Program-made: the position numbers and the translations under genes
The notes under the pieces: generated by a model
What the model was told of the DNA's origin: nothing
Database searches by the model: none
The model's input: only the letters and a program-made list of their open reading frames with translations
Assembly: GCF_006345805.1 (NCBI RefSeq)
Contig: NC_043005.1
Location: 97,588,001 to 97,652,000, forward strand
Direction: 5' to 3'
Length of the DNA: 64,000 nucleotides
Source of the DNA: Octopus sinensis
Taxonomy: Eukaryota
In this document: piece after piece, positions 25,960 through 40,441 of the stretch
Layout: every line of letters begins with the position of its first letter
Position numbering within the stretch: position 1 is the first letter of the stretch

Positions 25960-27330
25960 ATTGGTATAGACAAAACCATGTATTCAGTATGAACCAGAAA
26001 AGCTGTAGCAAAGAGTTAAATGAAAGTATCAGACATGAAAGAGAGATTGTTGATGCAAAAGGAATTAAGAGGTTTCGGTATGACATTTGGTGACATGAAA
26101 AAGAGCACAATGTGAAACTGGGTGGTGAGAAGAAATAATAGAGGAAAAAGTGGTTACAACTCAAAATAATACACAAGTTGATAAAATGCTTAGTAAACAA
26201 AGTCAAAGAATCCCCAATTTGAAAGTATAAGAGCGTGACAGTGTTCAAGCTCACTGGTTGAAGAAATTCAGTTCACTGCATGAAAGAATTGCCTCGCAAC
26301 AAGATAACATCTCGAATAATAAAGAACTGACAAAAAGGAAATTTCTGTCCAATATTATGTTCCACTTTTGTGGGAATTACAAACTAGAATGATGTCAGAA
26401 AGTATGCATTCCTTTCTGGAGGAACAGCAAATGCTAACTGATGAATATTAATGTTGTTGTAAAAATAGCAGAATGACCGGAGATCAACTGCAGATTGACA
26501 ATTTAAAGCTGAAAGATTGTTAGGGGTAACATACCAATTTTAACAGTGGCATGGACAGGTTATATGGATAAAAGTATATAAAAGACTGAATTAACAGGAC
26601 AGGTACTTGGAGAAGTTCAGATACAAAGAGGGATCTAAGGAATAGCATGTCACTTTTATTGCGTGAAATGTGTACGATACTGATGATATTGTGACAGACA
26701 GCAGTTCAACATGAATGAGAAAACAATTCAATCTTTTGATTGTGAATGATCTTAAACTGTTTGGGTAAGTAAACAGATTCTTTAGTTAAAAACTGTTCAT
26801 TCATGGGAATAGAATTCAGGATACCAAAAAGTGGTATAATTAAACTGAAGAAGAAAGATTGTGCCAATACATGAGACAATGCTATATTGTGATTAAGTAA
26901 AGAAGGAGAAAAGAGGAGAATGGATAAGTACTTAAGAATACTAAAAGCTGGTAAAATCAAGGAGATTGAAACGGAAGAATTATTTGGAAAAGAATTTCAA
27001 AGAAGAATAAAATTGGTCAAAATTAAATGGAAAACAAAAATATAACATTAGCAATAAATCAGAAACACATAGGTAATATTAGGATATGGTATGGAGCAGG
27101 AATACTAAAATGGAATAAAAACACCAGAAGTGAGAAAGACCTGGTTTACACAGGGAAAATGGAAGAGTTAAACAACTTCTCTGAATGCAAATAAATAAAC
27201 TGCAATGAGCATGAGGGGTTTTCTGGAGAGGCCTAAGAAGATAGATATGCTATACAGAGAAGGTGATAGTTGTAAGCTGTCCATAAGCAGAGAATTGGCA
27301 GAGGATACTGAGACACTGATAAAATTGCAG
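25960..27330 (+). mobile_element. Degenerate R4/Dong-clade non-LTR retrotransposon RT fragment
   Basis: Decayed motifs RQNHVF..NQK, RIPN..RDSVQAHWLKKFSSLHERIA, CCKNSRMTGDQLQID, EVQIQRG, DLKLFGK, YGAGILKW match the R4/Dong RT pattern. Confidence 0.7.
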
Positions 27331-28830
27331 AATTCATTGGCATTTGAAACAAATGTTGTGGCTTGAAAAGGAAATTGCATTCTTTGAATAGTGAAATTAT
27401 TGTTGAGACTACAATAGCAAAACACCATAATTTATCTCTGCTGTTTTAATCTTCTGGCATCTAATCAGTAAGGCCTAACATCTCTAAGACTGATCTACCA
27501 AGTATCATTCACTCATATTACAAGACCATACCTAACCAAACACCAAACCTGTCTATTATAAGCCTTTGTTACTTCCTGAATTCATTGCACTCACAATTTC
27601 TCCTTAATTTGTGTAATATACTCCAAGGTTTATTACATTCATCTGTTTCTTCAACAATCATTGTAGACTTTCTACATTGTTTATTTTTCATTATTATGTA
27701 GCATCATGTTTTCATATGAAAATCTGCTTTTAATATGAAAAGAAACACTTCTAACTCTAACTGAGGAAGTTGTTTTCACAATTTTATCCCTGCAATCTAA
27801 ATTCTAACCATAATGCAATCACTAGCATCACCTTTAGCACAAATTATGTCACCTAGATAATTATATCTAGTAACTATGTATAGCTGCAATCCATTCAAGA
27901 AGTTCATATTCTTTACTGTATAAGCAGCTCAAGTTAAAACATTTTATTAGAAGCATCATTTTCAGTGGTTGGCTATTTAATAATTTGCCACTAATCTAAC
28001 CAGTACACAAAAATTCTCAACTAATATTCAAAAACTTTAGATTAAGAGCTGATTCTAGTATTCTTATCAATAATGGGTACTCTAATATCTATTTGATATA
28101 AATAAGTAGTTAGTATTATTCATCTTTACAACTTCCACACCATAATTATCCCTAAAGTAAATCTTAAAATATACAGTCTAGACTACAAGAAGGGAACTGA
28201 AAATAATTGAGTACTTTTTGGCACAAGTTTGACTAGAGTTGGCTCGAACTGTGAAAATGTTTCAAGTATGTACCATTAGAAAGTGTTAATATCAGAAATT
28301 ACCCACTACTTTTAATGACTTCAAGGTTCACCTAATAGAGATGTTTTTAATCAATAGTGAAAGATGTGTGTATATATGTGTAATCTATAGAAATACAAGT
28401 GTATCCAAAGAACACAAGAAATGATTTAGATATCGTATTTTTCTAGCAATCTCCTTCATTTAATTCCTTTTCAAGTTTAAATTCTCTCAGGTTATTTCAA
28501 GATTCTACTCCATGTTTGCTCTACCAAACCTAATGGCACTTTTCCATCTATGCTTATTCTACCATCAAGCTGTAACTTCACCGTTTTCTAATACATACAG
28601 TGACTGCTATTTCTGATGACTAAACCAAATACAGTTCAAACATACTCCTTTCCAGTATCCCTCAAGTGATGTGGTGACATGGTATAGCAACAATATTTTA
28701 TTTTTGTTTCTCTATGCTTGCTTTGGGTTGATTTTGTTTTCCCAACTTTCTGAGTCAGGCATTGATGGGAGTGGTTTTCAATTGACAACCACTACCTTAG
28801 AAAATATCTGCCCTTGGCACAAATGATGAA

Positions 28831-29052
28831 CCCTTTTGATACCAACCTGACCAAAACCACCTCTGGCTCTGCAGTACAAATATCTTACTTTCATAAATAT
28901 TGAATTAAAATCTTCCAGCAAACCTTAGTCACAATTTATGTTCCCGACACTAGCTTAATGATAACTAAGTTCTTTTACTAAATTCTTTGTTATATTTAAA
29001 ATTAATTGTATGAAACACAGAGCATCTCAAAATAAATATGGTAATGAAAAGG
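28831..29052 (+). mobile_element. piggyBac-type MITE, family 1
   Basis: TGAA|CCCTTTTGATACC...GAAAAGG|TTAA; homologous to 15809-16000. Confidence 0.85.
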
Positions 29053-30159
29053 TTAAGAACCATACTACATTCTGTATATGTTCTGAATATTGTTGGGGTT
29101 GGGTTAGGATCCTATTTTTCTGGAATCAATAAAACAACTCAACAAAGAAACTCCTACATAAAGGCTCAGCTTGTTTGAAATACCGGCCAAACTTCCCACA
29201 AACCTACAATCTTGAAAAAAGTGAAGGATGCATCAGATAATGTAGTCCCAGATATTTTTAAATACTTAAATATCTGAATAAAAGATGATATGGTCATATC
29301 AAGAGTGCCTCAGATTACAGAGCATCTGACTTAGATCTGAAACAACAACTATCAGTTATACGTTGGAAATAGATGCCTTCCTCTGTAAAAGGTAATCCTG
29401 TACCTAATCCAGAAAAATCATTTTAACAGAGCTAGGTCTTTATGGTGATTTAATTCTGAAACTAATCATTATTGATTTTAAAATTTAATCACCATATTTA
29501 ATTTTAAAACCCACCATTATTGTAAACAATTTTTAAACACCATTATTCTAAATTACTTGTGTGTTAACAGTGTTTCTTTAATGACTATAATGTACTATTG
29601 AACACACACACTATATATATATATATATATATATATACAAAAAAAAAAGTGTTGGCAAAAACTTCTGTATGCTCTATAGTACATTATATTAATATCTCAT
29701 TGTCAATAGAATTTGTTGCAATAATTAAAATAATATTTAATATGAAAATAGATTGATACAATAGTTATTAATGGCTGCATTATTATTAAAGGATGTATTA
29801 TAGATTGATTGGATTCAGTTCTTGTTGACAAGACCCCACTAGAGAAACTTGTTTTTAATGGAAAGCTATTTTCAACAAAATCGTCCACATTCATTACTCA
29901 TGCAAATTATGCTAATCAGTGAATACAATAAAGCATTTCTTTCATTCACTTGTCAGAATGATGCTGATTCTAAAAGTGTGCCAGTTTCTCTAATTCTGTC
30001 CATCTGTTATTGACACACATTTACGACCACCCGTCTTTTCTATCAAAACACTGAATTTTGTCATTCCAGTATCTCATTTAATCACGTTGCATCGAAATTT
30101 TACAGTTCACATTTTCTTACATAGCCTTAGGCGCAACAATTCCTTTTCTCTTTCTCTCT

Positions 30160-30194
<35 letters not shown>

Positions 30195-30789
30195 ACATTG
30201 CTTTGTTGCAAAAGACAATGGAGGAGTAATGTGATGTACTAATGATGCATGTATTAGAACCAGGCAGAACCATCATTGAGAAAACATGCCATATGTAATA
30301 ATGTATGAAAACCTGATCCAAATCATTCTTTATAAAAAATATGTTCGTATTTAAATTAAAATCTTGATCAAAATTTTATATGAAACATGAAATGATAATA
30401 TGAAGTTTTAGATGGTCGAGACCAACATAATAAACCAATATATAAAGTTACAAATATTTTACTAAAACACCAACAAAGCCTCAAGTATATTGAAATTAAA
30501 TAGATGTCTACTCGAAAGAAAAATAATTACAAAAAAAATTAATAGAGATCATGAGAAAAATAAAGAAAGACTGCAGTCTCTTGTTAACCAAGTGAATGTG
30601 GTGATTAGAAAAAATATAATCAGAGCAAGTGGAGATACAAAGAGAGAGAAAATCAAACAGTGTCTAGGGATATCTGTAAAGGTGTTAAAAACCTGAGGTT
30701 GGTTGAAAGAATCTATCAGGAACAAAAGCAATCATGATACCAATGAGATAGTTCTTCAAAAACAAACATCTATATTTTGGCTTGTTCTG

Positions 30790-31270
30790 ATAATTGATAG
30801 GGTACTAGATTGCAGCTATAAAGCCTCAAGTCAGCACTGAGTGACCAGTCCTAGGTTCCTAGTCGTACCACATTTCCTAAACTGAGGACCATATTGCACA
30901 CTCTCAAATGCAGTCACGAACCATAAGGGAATGCGGTGTGACAGTCTATTCTTATAAACCAGTAGATTCTGGGAGTAGTCACAGCAGAAGCAGCAAGGTA
31001 GACTTAGTTGTAGTGCAACAGTTGATGTTCCTCTGCCCTTATTGATGGTGGGGTGCATCTCAGCACAGTGGTTGATACCAGGGAAATTACTGAAGTTATT
31101 GCTATTGCTGTACATATTTTTTATGTTTGATGAGTGGGAAAGTCAATGTTTTAGGATGCTGCTCCAGGCTGTTGAACACATGTCTGGGTGTTTGGAGGTA
31201 GTTTTTCATGTAGGATGATGGGGATAGAAACTTATTGTAATAACAGACTGTGCTCTTCACATGCCTAGGT
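30790..31270 (-). mobile_element. Degenerate L2/CR1-like LINE 3' fragment
   Basis: Minus frame HPDMCSTAWSSILKH (cf. RPHLEYCS.VWS) then GINHCAEMHP..GRGT. Confidence 0.45.
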
Positions 31271-31276
31271 GCCTTT

Positions 31277-31487
31277 TCATTATTGATTTTAAATTTTAGC
31301 ACAAGGTCAGCCATTTTGGGGTAGGGGTTAAGTTGATCACATTGCCCCCCCCCCAGTAATCAACTGATATTTATTTCATCAACCCTGAAAGGACGAAAGT
31401 GAACCTTAGTAGATTTTGAACTCAGAATGTAAGGATGGATGAAATGCCACTCAGCATTTTGCCCAGCATGCTAACGATTCTACCATC
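31277..31487 (-). mobile_element. Older SINE family B variant
   Basis: Reverse complement carries the GAATCGTTAGCATGCTGGGCAAAATGC head and the TTTCATCAACCCTGAAAGG domain. Confidence 0.7.
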
Positions 31488-32039
31488 CTATGGGTGTGGC
31501 CTGTGTCCAGGCAGTGGTGATGTTTAGTGTGCCATTTTGTGTTCTGTAGTTTATTGTGGAAAAACTGGAGGCACTTGTAGGGCTGGCATAATCTTTGATG
31601 GATCTAATATATTGTTTGAAAAAAAAATCATGTATAAAAAAAGGTTAATATTTGATTTATGATTAGCAATACATTCAATAAGGAATTTCAAATTCCTAAT
31701 AAGAGAGCATAAACACTTTATAGGTCCCTCGCTATCTCCTTTACCTGGTGCTTATAACAAATTCAGAATTGGTTGCCAAGGAGCTCTAAATGCAGATAAT
31801 TTAGTTCTGATCACAACACTGGAAGTTTAAAAGATGGGGAAAAAATTGGAATCTAAAAGTTTGAAAATGAACGTAGCAAAAGGAGCATAAACCATGTAAT
31901 GAGATCTCAAGTAAATTTATATAAAATCATGACAAAGAACATGCTAGTAAAAATGGTAGTTATAGCATTAGAGTATTGGAGAATGGACAAGGATTAAAAG
32001 AAAGCTAATGATGTGATATTGCAATCCTTTTTTTTCTTT

Positions 32040-32290
32040 TTCAAGAAACCAGCCAGCTACCTAATCACCTATCAATCTTGTAGGCACACCAACCAAACTG
32101 ACTACATTCTCACCAGAAAACAGGACAGACAGTTGCTTGTGAATGGAAAATCCTTCCTGAGGAAAGAATGTACTACCCAACATAGGTAGCAGCAGGTGAC
32201 TTTAGTCTCAGAGCTAAAAGGACACAGAAATGCAAACCAGTTTGGAAAAGGAAATTGTGGAAGCTTAGATTCAATGTACATTCAGTTCCA
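32040..32290 (+). mobile_element. RTE LINE endonuclease-region fragment
   Basis: Nucleotide homology to 43880-44100 (TTCAAGAAACCAGCCAG..GACTACATTCTCACCAGAA). Confidence 0.7.
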
Positions 32291-32545
32291 GCCAGACCAA
32301 GGATTCATCAGCATTAGGTATTCCAGAATGCAAGACTATCAGAGAGAATCAAAATGTGGGCAATAAGTGAGTATGTAGCTGGATTATGGTACACTACACT
32401 TAGTGATTTTGAAAAGAATGAGGTTCTTTCTAACATGGACCCCAAGTTGGATCAGCCCAACAGAGGGCCCAGCTATCCTCATTGACAGCAATTAGGGATA
32501 GGAAGGCAGGGAAAGCCTCAGGTCCATCAGGAATCACCACTGAGA

Positions 32546-32897
32546 TCATCATCATCATCGTTTAGCATCCGTTTTCCATGCTAGCATGGGTTGGACGGTT
32601 CAACTGGGGTCTGTGAAGCTGGAAGGCTTCATCAGGCCTAGTCAGATCTGGCAGTGTTTCTACGACTGGATGCCCTTCCCAACGCCAACCACTCCATGAG
32701 TGTAGTGGGTGCTTTTTACGTGCCACCCGCACAGGTGCCAGACAGAGCTGGCAAACGGCCACGAACGGATGGTGCTTTTTATGTACCACCGGCACGGGGG
32801 CCAGGCGAGGCTGGCAACGGACACGAACGGATGGTGCTTTTTACGTGCCACCGGCACGAGGCCAGTCGGGGCGGCGCTGGCAACGGTCACGAACGAG
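32546..32897 (-). mobile_element. RTE LINE 3' tail with three ~60-bp GC-rich tandem units
   Basis: (CAT)n tail plus the conserved tail; GGTGCTTTTTA(C/T)GT(G/A)CCACC unit repeated three times at 32705-32895. Confidence 0.88.
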
Positions 32898-33009
32898 ATG
32901 CTTAAAATATTACATGGCATAGGATAAAGCCTTATCACTTATATAGTTAATCAAGATGCACAGGAAGGATTAATATGCAATGACTGACATAGAGTCATTA
33001 TAATCAACT

Positions 33010-33440
33010 TTACAAGGGTAAAGGAGATATCTTAGAGTTATCAAATTGCCGGACAGAATGGAGAAAGTTCAGAGAGCTATTACCTCTGTTGGTAACAACA
33101 GATCTTTCTCTCAGAGTAAAAAGCAAATTGCATGATGTTTGTGTATGAACAGCAATGCTACATGACACTGAAATGTGGGGTGTGAAGACAGAGAACATGC
33201 AAAGAATAGAAAGGAATGAAGCTTGTATGCTCTGTTGGATGTGCAATGTTAGTGTACACATACAACAAAGTGCAAATATGTTAAAATCGGGCATAGTAAG
33301 AATCAGATGTAGTGAGCAAGAGAGATGACTGTACTGGTATGGCCATGTGATACATATGGAGGAAAACAACTGTGAAAAGAAGACCCAATTGCTAAATGCA
33401 GATGGAACCTGTGGAAGAGGGAGGCCCAGGAAGAGAGGAA
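33010..33440 (+). mobile_element. Older RTE ORF2 C-terminal fragment
   Basis: Homologous to 47100-47480; encodes ..ERNEACML.WMCNV..YWYGHVIHMEENNCEKK..GTCGRGRPRK. Confidence 0.8.
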
Positions 33441-35057
33441 ATAACAAAGGACTGAGATTACTGGCATTTTGCTGTGCTATAAGACTTGTCTGTCTCAATA
33501 AAAGTGTGGCCCTAAAAGCATTAGGCTTGTCTATGCATTCACTGGGTCCTGTTCGCGCACCCAATCTGTCCCCTTCAAATATTCACCTCCACTCTTTTCT
33601 AACTACAGCACTACTCACCTGCTATAATCATACAAAAGCAGAATATGCACATTTCATCCCTCTCTGTGTTACCAGTTACATCAACCCTCTCCCCAGAACC
33701 TTTTAAAATCTATTGCTCATTCATGTTATCAACCCTTTCCACTTTATTTTCCATTGATCACACCTTTCAGTGTCTCCCTGAAATGCATCTCAGGACTGCC
33801 ATTACCTTATTTTTAACACCCTCTCTTATCGGCTATCATTATCATCATATTTGTCATCAACAGCCTTCCCCCCTCTTTTTCCCCACACCCATTATAGCTA
33901 ACCCTATGTATCTCATACATCGCTCTCTTCTGCCCACTCTCCTCGTCCCACATGCCAACTCCCTATTTTCTGATCTACCTGCAGGCTTATTATATTGTTG
34001 CTCCCCTCCCTTTCAGTACTACCATTTATCACCTGCTCCTACCTGAGCCACTCATTCTTTCATCATCCTTTACTCATATTCACCACTGATCACACAACCA
34101 CCCTTGTTCCATTTACTGCATATGCACATACACCCACCTGTAGCCATTAATCACTCTCCAGTCACACTCTAATGAACTTAACCCACTCTTCCTGTTTCTT
34201 ATAATGTCTAATATTCATCTTCTTGAGAGTACATTTTGACATTGCTTTTTTCCCTGCTCCTCCTACTCACCCTTATATAATGCAAGGAAGTAGTATATCT
34301 CTATAACAAGACACTTGTGCCTGTCCCTCAATTAAACATAAGCCTCTCAACACTTGGGCATATATCAAAACTCCCCTACTACAACCCCACTCAGTGAAGG
34401 GGATTTGGTGACCTCACTAGTGCTGGTGTCACAAAAAAGGCACCAAATACATTCTGTAAAGTGGTTGTCATTAAGAAGGGTATCTAGTTATAGTTACCAT
34501 TGTAAAACAGACATTGAAGCTCAGCACAATCCCCTGGCTCAATGGACCCAGTCAGACCAGCCAATCAATCCCAATAGGGAAGACAGAAGTTAAATGATGA
34601 TAAAGATTTCAGCAAACAGTAGCTTCATGAAATTTTTTTTTTATCAATTATATATTGTGGTTTATCAAGTTTACTGTCTTATATAACTTCTCAATTTAAT
34701 CTGAATGAATTCTTCAAATAATTGCAGTAATCATTTATACAGTTCTATTCCTTTTCTTACTATCACACACTTTAGCTGTGATACTCTAATTAACCCTGAC
34801 ATAACAAGAACATTCTAATTTTTAAAGTTATTACATCAGCAGCTTGCAATCTTTCTGACTTTGCAGTGGCACCAGAGATTAAAAATGGAATTACTGGTGC
34901 ACTTCACATAGGAAATTAAAGAAAGTACAGTTTCAAAAATATAGAAAACTATAGCTTAATTTGTTTTATTAATGATATTCATATAAAGTTTTTTTTTTAA
35001 TAACATGTTTTTCAAGATGCTCAAACATTACTAGCGAGTTTCTAAAGCTTTAATATA

Positions 35058-35458
35058 TCTTTATATATATATAAAGCTGAAGTTGTCTGTGTATGGCAGG
35101 TTTGATAGCCTTCAACTAACACTATCTCCTCTGAGACCCTGCGGCACAAGTTGACCAAAATTGAGAGTATGATAGAAGGCTTGCTCTTCCTTCCGTAGAA
35201 TATAAAATTCAAATCGGACCATGTTAACACCAAAAATTATTTACATCAAGAAGGTGGGGTTATTTTTTCTATGAAAATCCATATTTTTTACGATTTTTTG
35301 ACTGCTGTGTTGTCATTTTTCAGTGTATTTCAACCAGAAAAGTGTTCACTTAAAGAGAATAACAAGCTACATAATGGAATTTTTGAAAAGTAAAAATTTT
35401 GCAATTCTAAAGGGTCGAAAAGAAAACAAGCCTGAGCAACGCTGAGCTATACTGCTAG
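35058..35458 (+). mobile_element. Non-autonomous Helitron
   Basis: A|TCTTTATATATATATAAAG 5' end; decayed subterminal hairpin GCCTGAGCAACGCTGAGC (35430-35447); CTAG|T 3' end; no TSD. Confidence 0.8.
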
Positions 35459-36588
35459 TATATTTAAAAATCTGCAGTACACCAACCGAGATCTACTGAA
35501 TTACATAATAATCTCTTGACAACAGAAGGAACACCGAGTCTCATCATGCTAAATCCATTTTACAAAACAAACAAACTAAACAAAAAAAAAAATTGTATCA
35601 GTTCACAGAAGAATTTTTTATATTGAGGAATAAATAAAAATTTTTTTACAAGTAGTATCAACAAGTGTGTAAATTTTGATTTAGTAAAGTTAGCATATAA
35701 AGATTATTTTAGCTGACCAGATTACAAATAGAAAACATTCCATAACACCAACTTTCAACAAAGAAAAGAGTTAAGGATGCAAATAAAATTTAATTTTATT
35801 ACAGCTGAGTGAGGCATTGATATTTGATGTTAGTAATAAAAGAGAGGATGTGAAAAATGTAAAACCAAACTCTGAGAATACAAAGAAATGTGAATGGTGT
35901 AAAAAAAACCCCCAAAACAAACATAAGTTGCTTAACAATATTTCCCCACCAACATTTTTGCTTTGTGACTGAAGTAACAAGTAAATATGCCAAACCAATA
36001 CATTTAATATAATCAGACTACAAAATGGTTTGATATAACCAAGGAGAAAATGAAAGCATTCATGGATTAGATTACAATGATAGAAATAATCATAATGCTA
36101 ACTATTGATTTATACTAGATTATAGTTACATTATTTCATGTTTCATATTTGGAAATTAAATTTTCTAGAGATTTGAGAACAAATTTTCTTGATAATCATA
36201 CATCTGAAAATACCCAAATGAATGCTCTCAAACATAAGCTATTAGCTATTATATCATGGAGATATTTTGACATTCACATTCCTCTATGTGGGAATGGGTT
36301 TGATACATCTGCCATATTTTTATCTGTTTTTATCTAATTTTTATCTTTTGTCATCATGTGTGGAAGGCCCAACATCTTAAGATCTAGCCTTGGCACCTTC
36401 AAACATCTTTCTCAGTTTTCCTCTGCTACAGATAAACTCCACTTGAAGTAGACAGAGCCTCTTCAAACCAGTACCTAATGCCAATTCCTATCACATATGT
36501 ATACCAACGGTCATCTCTCTTGCACAAGCCAATGCAGTTAATATCTACCCGGTCTTTCAGCTCATTTGTGTTCAGTATTTATTCAGAA

Positions 36589-36732
36589 TTGGTTGGCGTT
36601 AGGAAGGGCATCCAGCTGTAGAAACACTGCCAGATCAGACTGGAGCCTGGTGCAGCCTCCTGGCTTCCCAGACCTCGGTTGAACCATCCAACCCATGCTA
36701 GCATGGAAAACGGACGTTAAATGATGATGATG
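36589..36732 (+). mobile_element. RTE LINE 3' tail (subfamily 1)
   Basis: High identity to 47905-48059 and 57200-57357; (GAT)n tail. Confidence 0.9.
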
Positions 36733-37363
36733 AGATATAACACATCATGCTTACTTCATTTCTCTCTACCAGTCACGAAAACTTTTATTGTCAACGGAGA
36801 TAAGAGTGCTCTGAAATTTTCCCAACTCTTATTCATTCGAGTAGCTATGTTTTTTTATAGCCAGCTTCCAGCAATTTTGTTCAGCTCTAGACTAGCCCTT
36901 ATTCAGCAGACATATGATCGAAGATATCTAAGGTATGTGCATGAACCCACCTGCTTTTTTCCCTTTTTTTTGTAAGATACAGGGTATGATTTGAGGATTT
37001 GGCTGCTATTTCTAGCAGGATGAGCAATAACATAGAGGCCCTTATGTTGGCTCATCTAGCACTAATTAGATTACATAGATAATGACCTCATACCCTAAAC
37101 GTAGTTCTCATGGAGATTCAGCATGACACAATGTGATAAGGCTGGTCCTTGGAATTATACAGGTACAACTCCTTTTTTCCCAGCTGAGTGAACTGGATCA
37201 ATGTGAAATAAAAGCGTCTTGCTGAATGACACAACAGCGCCACCAGCAGGAATTGAATTCCAGACCTTATTGTGAGCCAAATACCCTAATCCCTGATGCA
37301 CCTTCACAATAATACAAAAGTCAAGAATGCTTTACTACATGGCCTTTCTATTCTTTGACTTAT

Positions 37364-37640
37364 CTTACAAAGCCTTGTGAGTGGATTTGGTAGACGGAAA
37401 CTGAAAGAAGCCCGTCATAAATATATATATATGTATGTGTGTCTGTGTTTGTCTCCCCAACATCGCTTGACAACCGATGCTGGTGTGTTTACATCCCCGT
37501 AACCTAGTGGTTCGGCAAAAGGGACTGATAGAATAAATACTAGGCTTACAAAGAATAAGTCCTGGGGCCGATTTCTTCAACTAAAGGCGGTGCTCCAGCA
37601 TGGCCACAGTCAAATGACTGAAACAAGTAAAAGAGTAAAG
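37364..37640 (+). mobile_element. 5'-truncated SINE family A; older copies follow at ~37680-38030 and ~38370-38560
   Basis: Reverse complement matches 2538-2830. Confidence 0.85.
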
Positions 37641-38850
37641 AGAGAGTTTTATATATTTTTACCGTTTCCATTGTCATTTGCATGGCTTTGTGGTTCAGAA
37701 GCTCACTTTACAACGACATGGTTTCAGCTTCAGTCTTACCGTGCAGCACCTTCTACTATAGCCATGGGTCAACCAATGCCTTGTGAATGAATCTGATCGA
37801 CAGAAACTGTGTGTCTTTATGTTTGTCTGCTGCCTACCACTTGACAACTGGCATTGGCTTATGTATGTTCCTGTTACTTAGAGGTTCAGCAAAAGAGACC
37901 AATAGAATAAATACCAGATTCAGAAAAAAAAAAAAAGTACTGGGATTGATTTGTCTGAATAAATCGTTCAAGGCTGTGCCCAAGCATGACTGTGGTCCAA
38001 TGAATGAAACAAGTAAAAAGGTAAAAAGATAATACATATTGTTTTCAATCTGTGATTCTTAAAACTGTATAATTACAAAAATCAGATTACAGTACTCTGT
38101 TCCAAAATGCAGTCTGCACCAATTGCAGAAAATATATGAAGCTAAGCAAAACTGAAGCTAGTTGATTATTTCTAATACATAATCAACTCCCATTTCAGAG
38201 CCTAAGGTCATAACTTGTAGCAGTCTCTTATTTGGCTACCTTCACTTTCTTTCTACTGCTCTTTATCAATGTCACTCATGGACTAACAAGGTAAGACATC
38301 CATTTAATTAGAAAAAGGCAAGGCGTATCTTGATTTCTCAACGAAACTTCTTTTAATTAAAATTAAAATAGCTAGACATGGCTGTGTAGTTAAGAAGTTT
38401 GCATCTAAACCACGTGGCTTTGGGATCAATCTCACTACACACCACTTTGGGCAAGTGTCTTCTATAATAGCCCCAGGCGAACTAATATAATGCCTTGTGA
38501 AGGAATTTATTACATTGAAACTGAAAGAAGCCCTTCATGCATATATGTGTGTGTGTGTGTGTGTGTGTAGGCAAATGATCACATTGTTTGTGGTTAGGTG
38601 CATTCCCTCTCAACATACTGTCTATTAACTTTGCGCTTTTGAATCACTCTGGAATAAAAAATTCCCTAACTTGAAAAACAGGTAAGGGTTAGCGACAGGA
38701 AGCTTATCTGATTGAAAAAAATCTTGTCTTGATTACCTTGCACCTAAGCCATGCAACATCAAATGAAATGAAGAAATAAAAATTTTTGAAAGAGAAACAT
38801 GCTAATAATCTCCAGTAAAAGAATAATTTAAAAGCTACTTTTTCTTTTAC

Positions 38851-38998
38851 CTTTTTTAAGGGCTTATATGGTATGAACCACCACCACTGTAGATTGTAGA
38901 CATAAACTGGAAGAAATCCTGTGTTCTCATCAGTGTCAACTTGGAGGGAATAAGAAATGACAAACTGACCATCTTTGGTAAATCCAAGAAACACATAC
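38851..38998 (-). CDS. DCAF15: DCAF15 internal coding exon (equivalent to human exon 3): YVFLGFTKDGQFVISYSLQVDTDENTGFLPVYVYNLQWWWFIPYKPLKK
   Basis: ttttttcag|GTATGTG...AAAAAG|gtaaaa; 148 nt = 1 nt + 49 codons; lies within track ORF 38704-39132. Matches human HIFLGFSKCGRYVLSY...YIYHLYWWEF (recalled). Confidence 0.93.
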
Positions 38999-40441
38999 CT
39001 GAAAAAAGAAAAGGAAAGTGGAATTTTTTTAATGATCACAGTAAATAAATTGTAAACAAAAATAATTTCTGTGAGGAGAGAGAATACTATCAAGAACTTA
39101 ATATTAACCTTTTTATACTGGTAGTGGAGCACATATTTATATCAAAAGCAGGGTAGGTGACCAATGTCCAGTATGTCTTTATAACTTGTGCTTGTTTTAC
39201 TGATTCCAAAGTTACTCTAGCAGGATGTGAACTCAGAACATAAGAAATGCAACTAAATACCACAAGGCATTTTGTCTGCAGCATGCCCGTTCCTGTCATA
39301 GGTCACTTTCAGCTGATGATAAAAACATAATGCTATCGATATGCATCAACCTTAGTTGATGATGTGTTTGTAACACAAATGTCAAATAGCAAAATCTTTG
39401 CTTTTATTATGGTCAATAAGTGGAATCAGATAGCAATGAGCTGATAGAACTAACATTATTAACAATATTATAATATAGCAAGAGGTGAGAGGTGCAATGT
39501 CAAGTGGACAGCTGCTTATTGGACATTCATGGCACATTAAAAGCTTTAATCTTGTCATAGGAATGTGTATTTGTGCAAGACAATTTTAGCTATTATATAT
39601 AGCTGTTGATAAGCTGATGGTGGTGATTTGTGTAACTGACTAGGTCAACAGCGCTTCTCCAATATGAACCATGTCAAGATTGATATTACTTTCAGCTGTG
39701 ATGTACAATATAAAATATCTGATTTTATCAGAATCAACTGACAGTAAATATCCAAAGTTTACTGTATTCATGAGGAAATATTTGAAAAACTTGTCAGTCA
39801 TGGTTCAACATATATAGGTGTATTTTTATTTCTTATTCATATTTATACTAATTAAAAGTGTGTTATTTGCAGCACTACAAAATTACAAACTGTGTGGGTG
39901 TGTTGAATGTAGTTTGGCCAAATGGTTAAGAAGTTCATGTAGTAACCATTAAATCTTGGGTCCAAATCAACTGCATACCATTTTGGGCAAGTGTTAATTA
40001 ACATAGCCCAAAGTGTTGAGGGTGGAATTGGGTATATGAAAACTGCATGGAATACTGTCACATGGACTATACCTATAATTCAACGGTTATCCTTGGTTAT
40101 ATATACTGTTGTTCCTATTCTCCATGAGAATTACCTTCAGGGTATACATGTTTTTGGAATACTCAGCCACCTACACATTAAGTTAAGGAGCTGGTAGTTC
40201 AGTTGACTGAATAACACAGTATCTGTTGTTAAAAGTATATATATATATATATAAAATTAAATAAGGGTAGAAATTGATATAAATCAATTAAAACCAGTGG
40301 CCTAGCATATTTTTTAAAAAATCCGAAGATTAAAAATTTTATACATACAAAAGTGGTCATTCCTCTAAATTTTGTATGTATATATATATATATAAAATTA
40401 TAAATGAAAGAGAATTAGTTTGATAAAATTTTATTTAACAA

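Noticed and set aside
32705-32895. Repeat-spacer-like array
   Set aside because: Tandem units of the RTE 3'UTR (also at 47760-47900), without unique spacers; not CRISPR.
33010-33564. 184-aa minus-strand ORF
   Set aside because: Antisense reading of an RTE ORF2 fragment.
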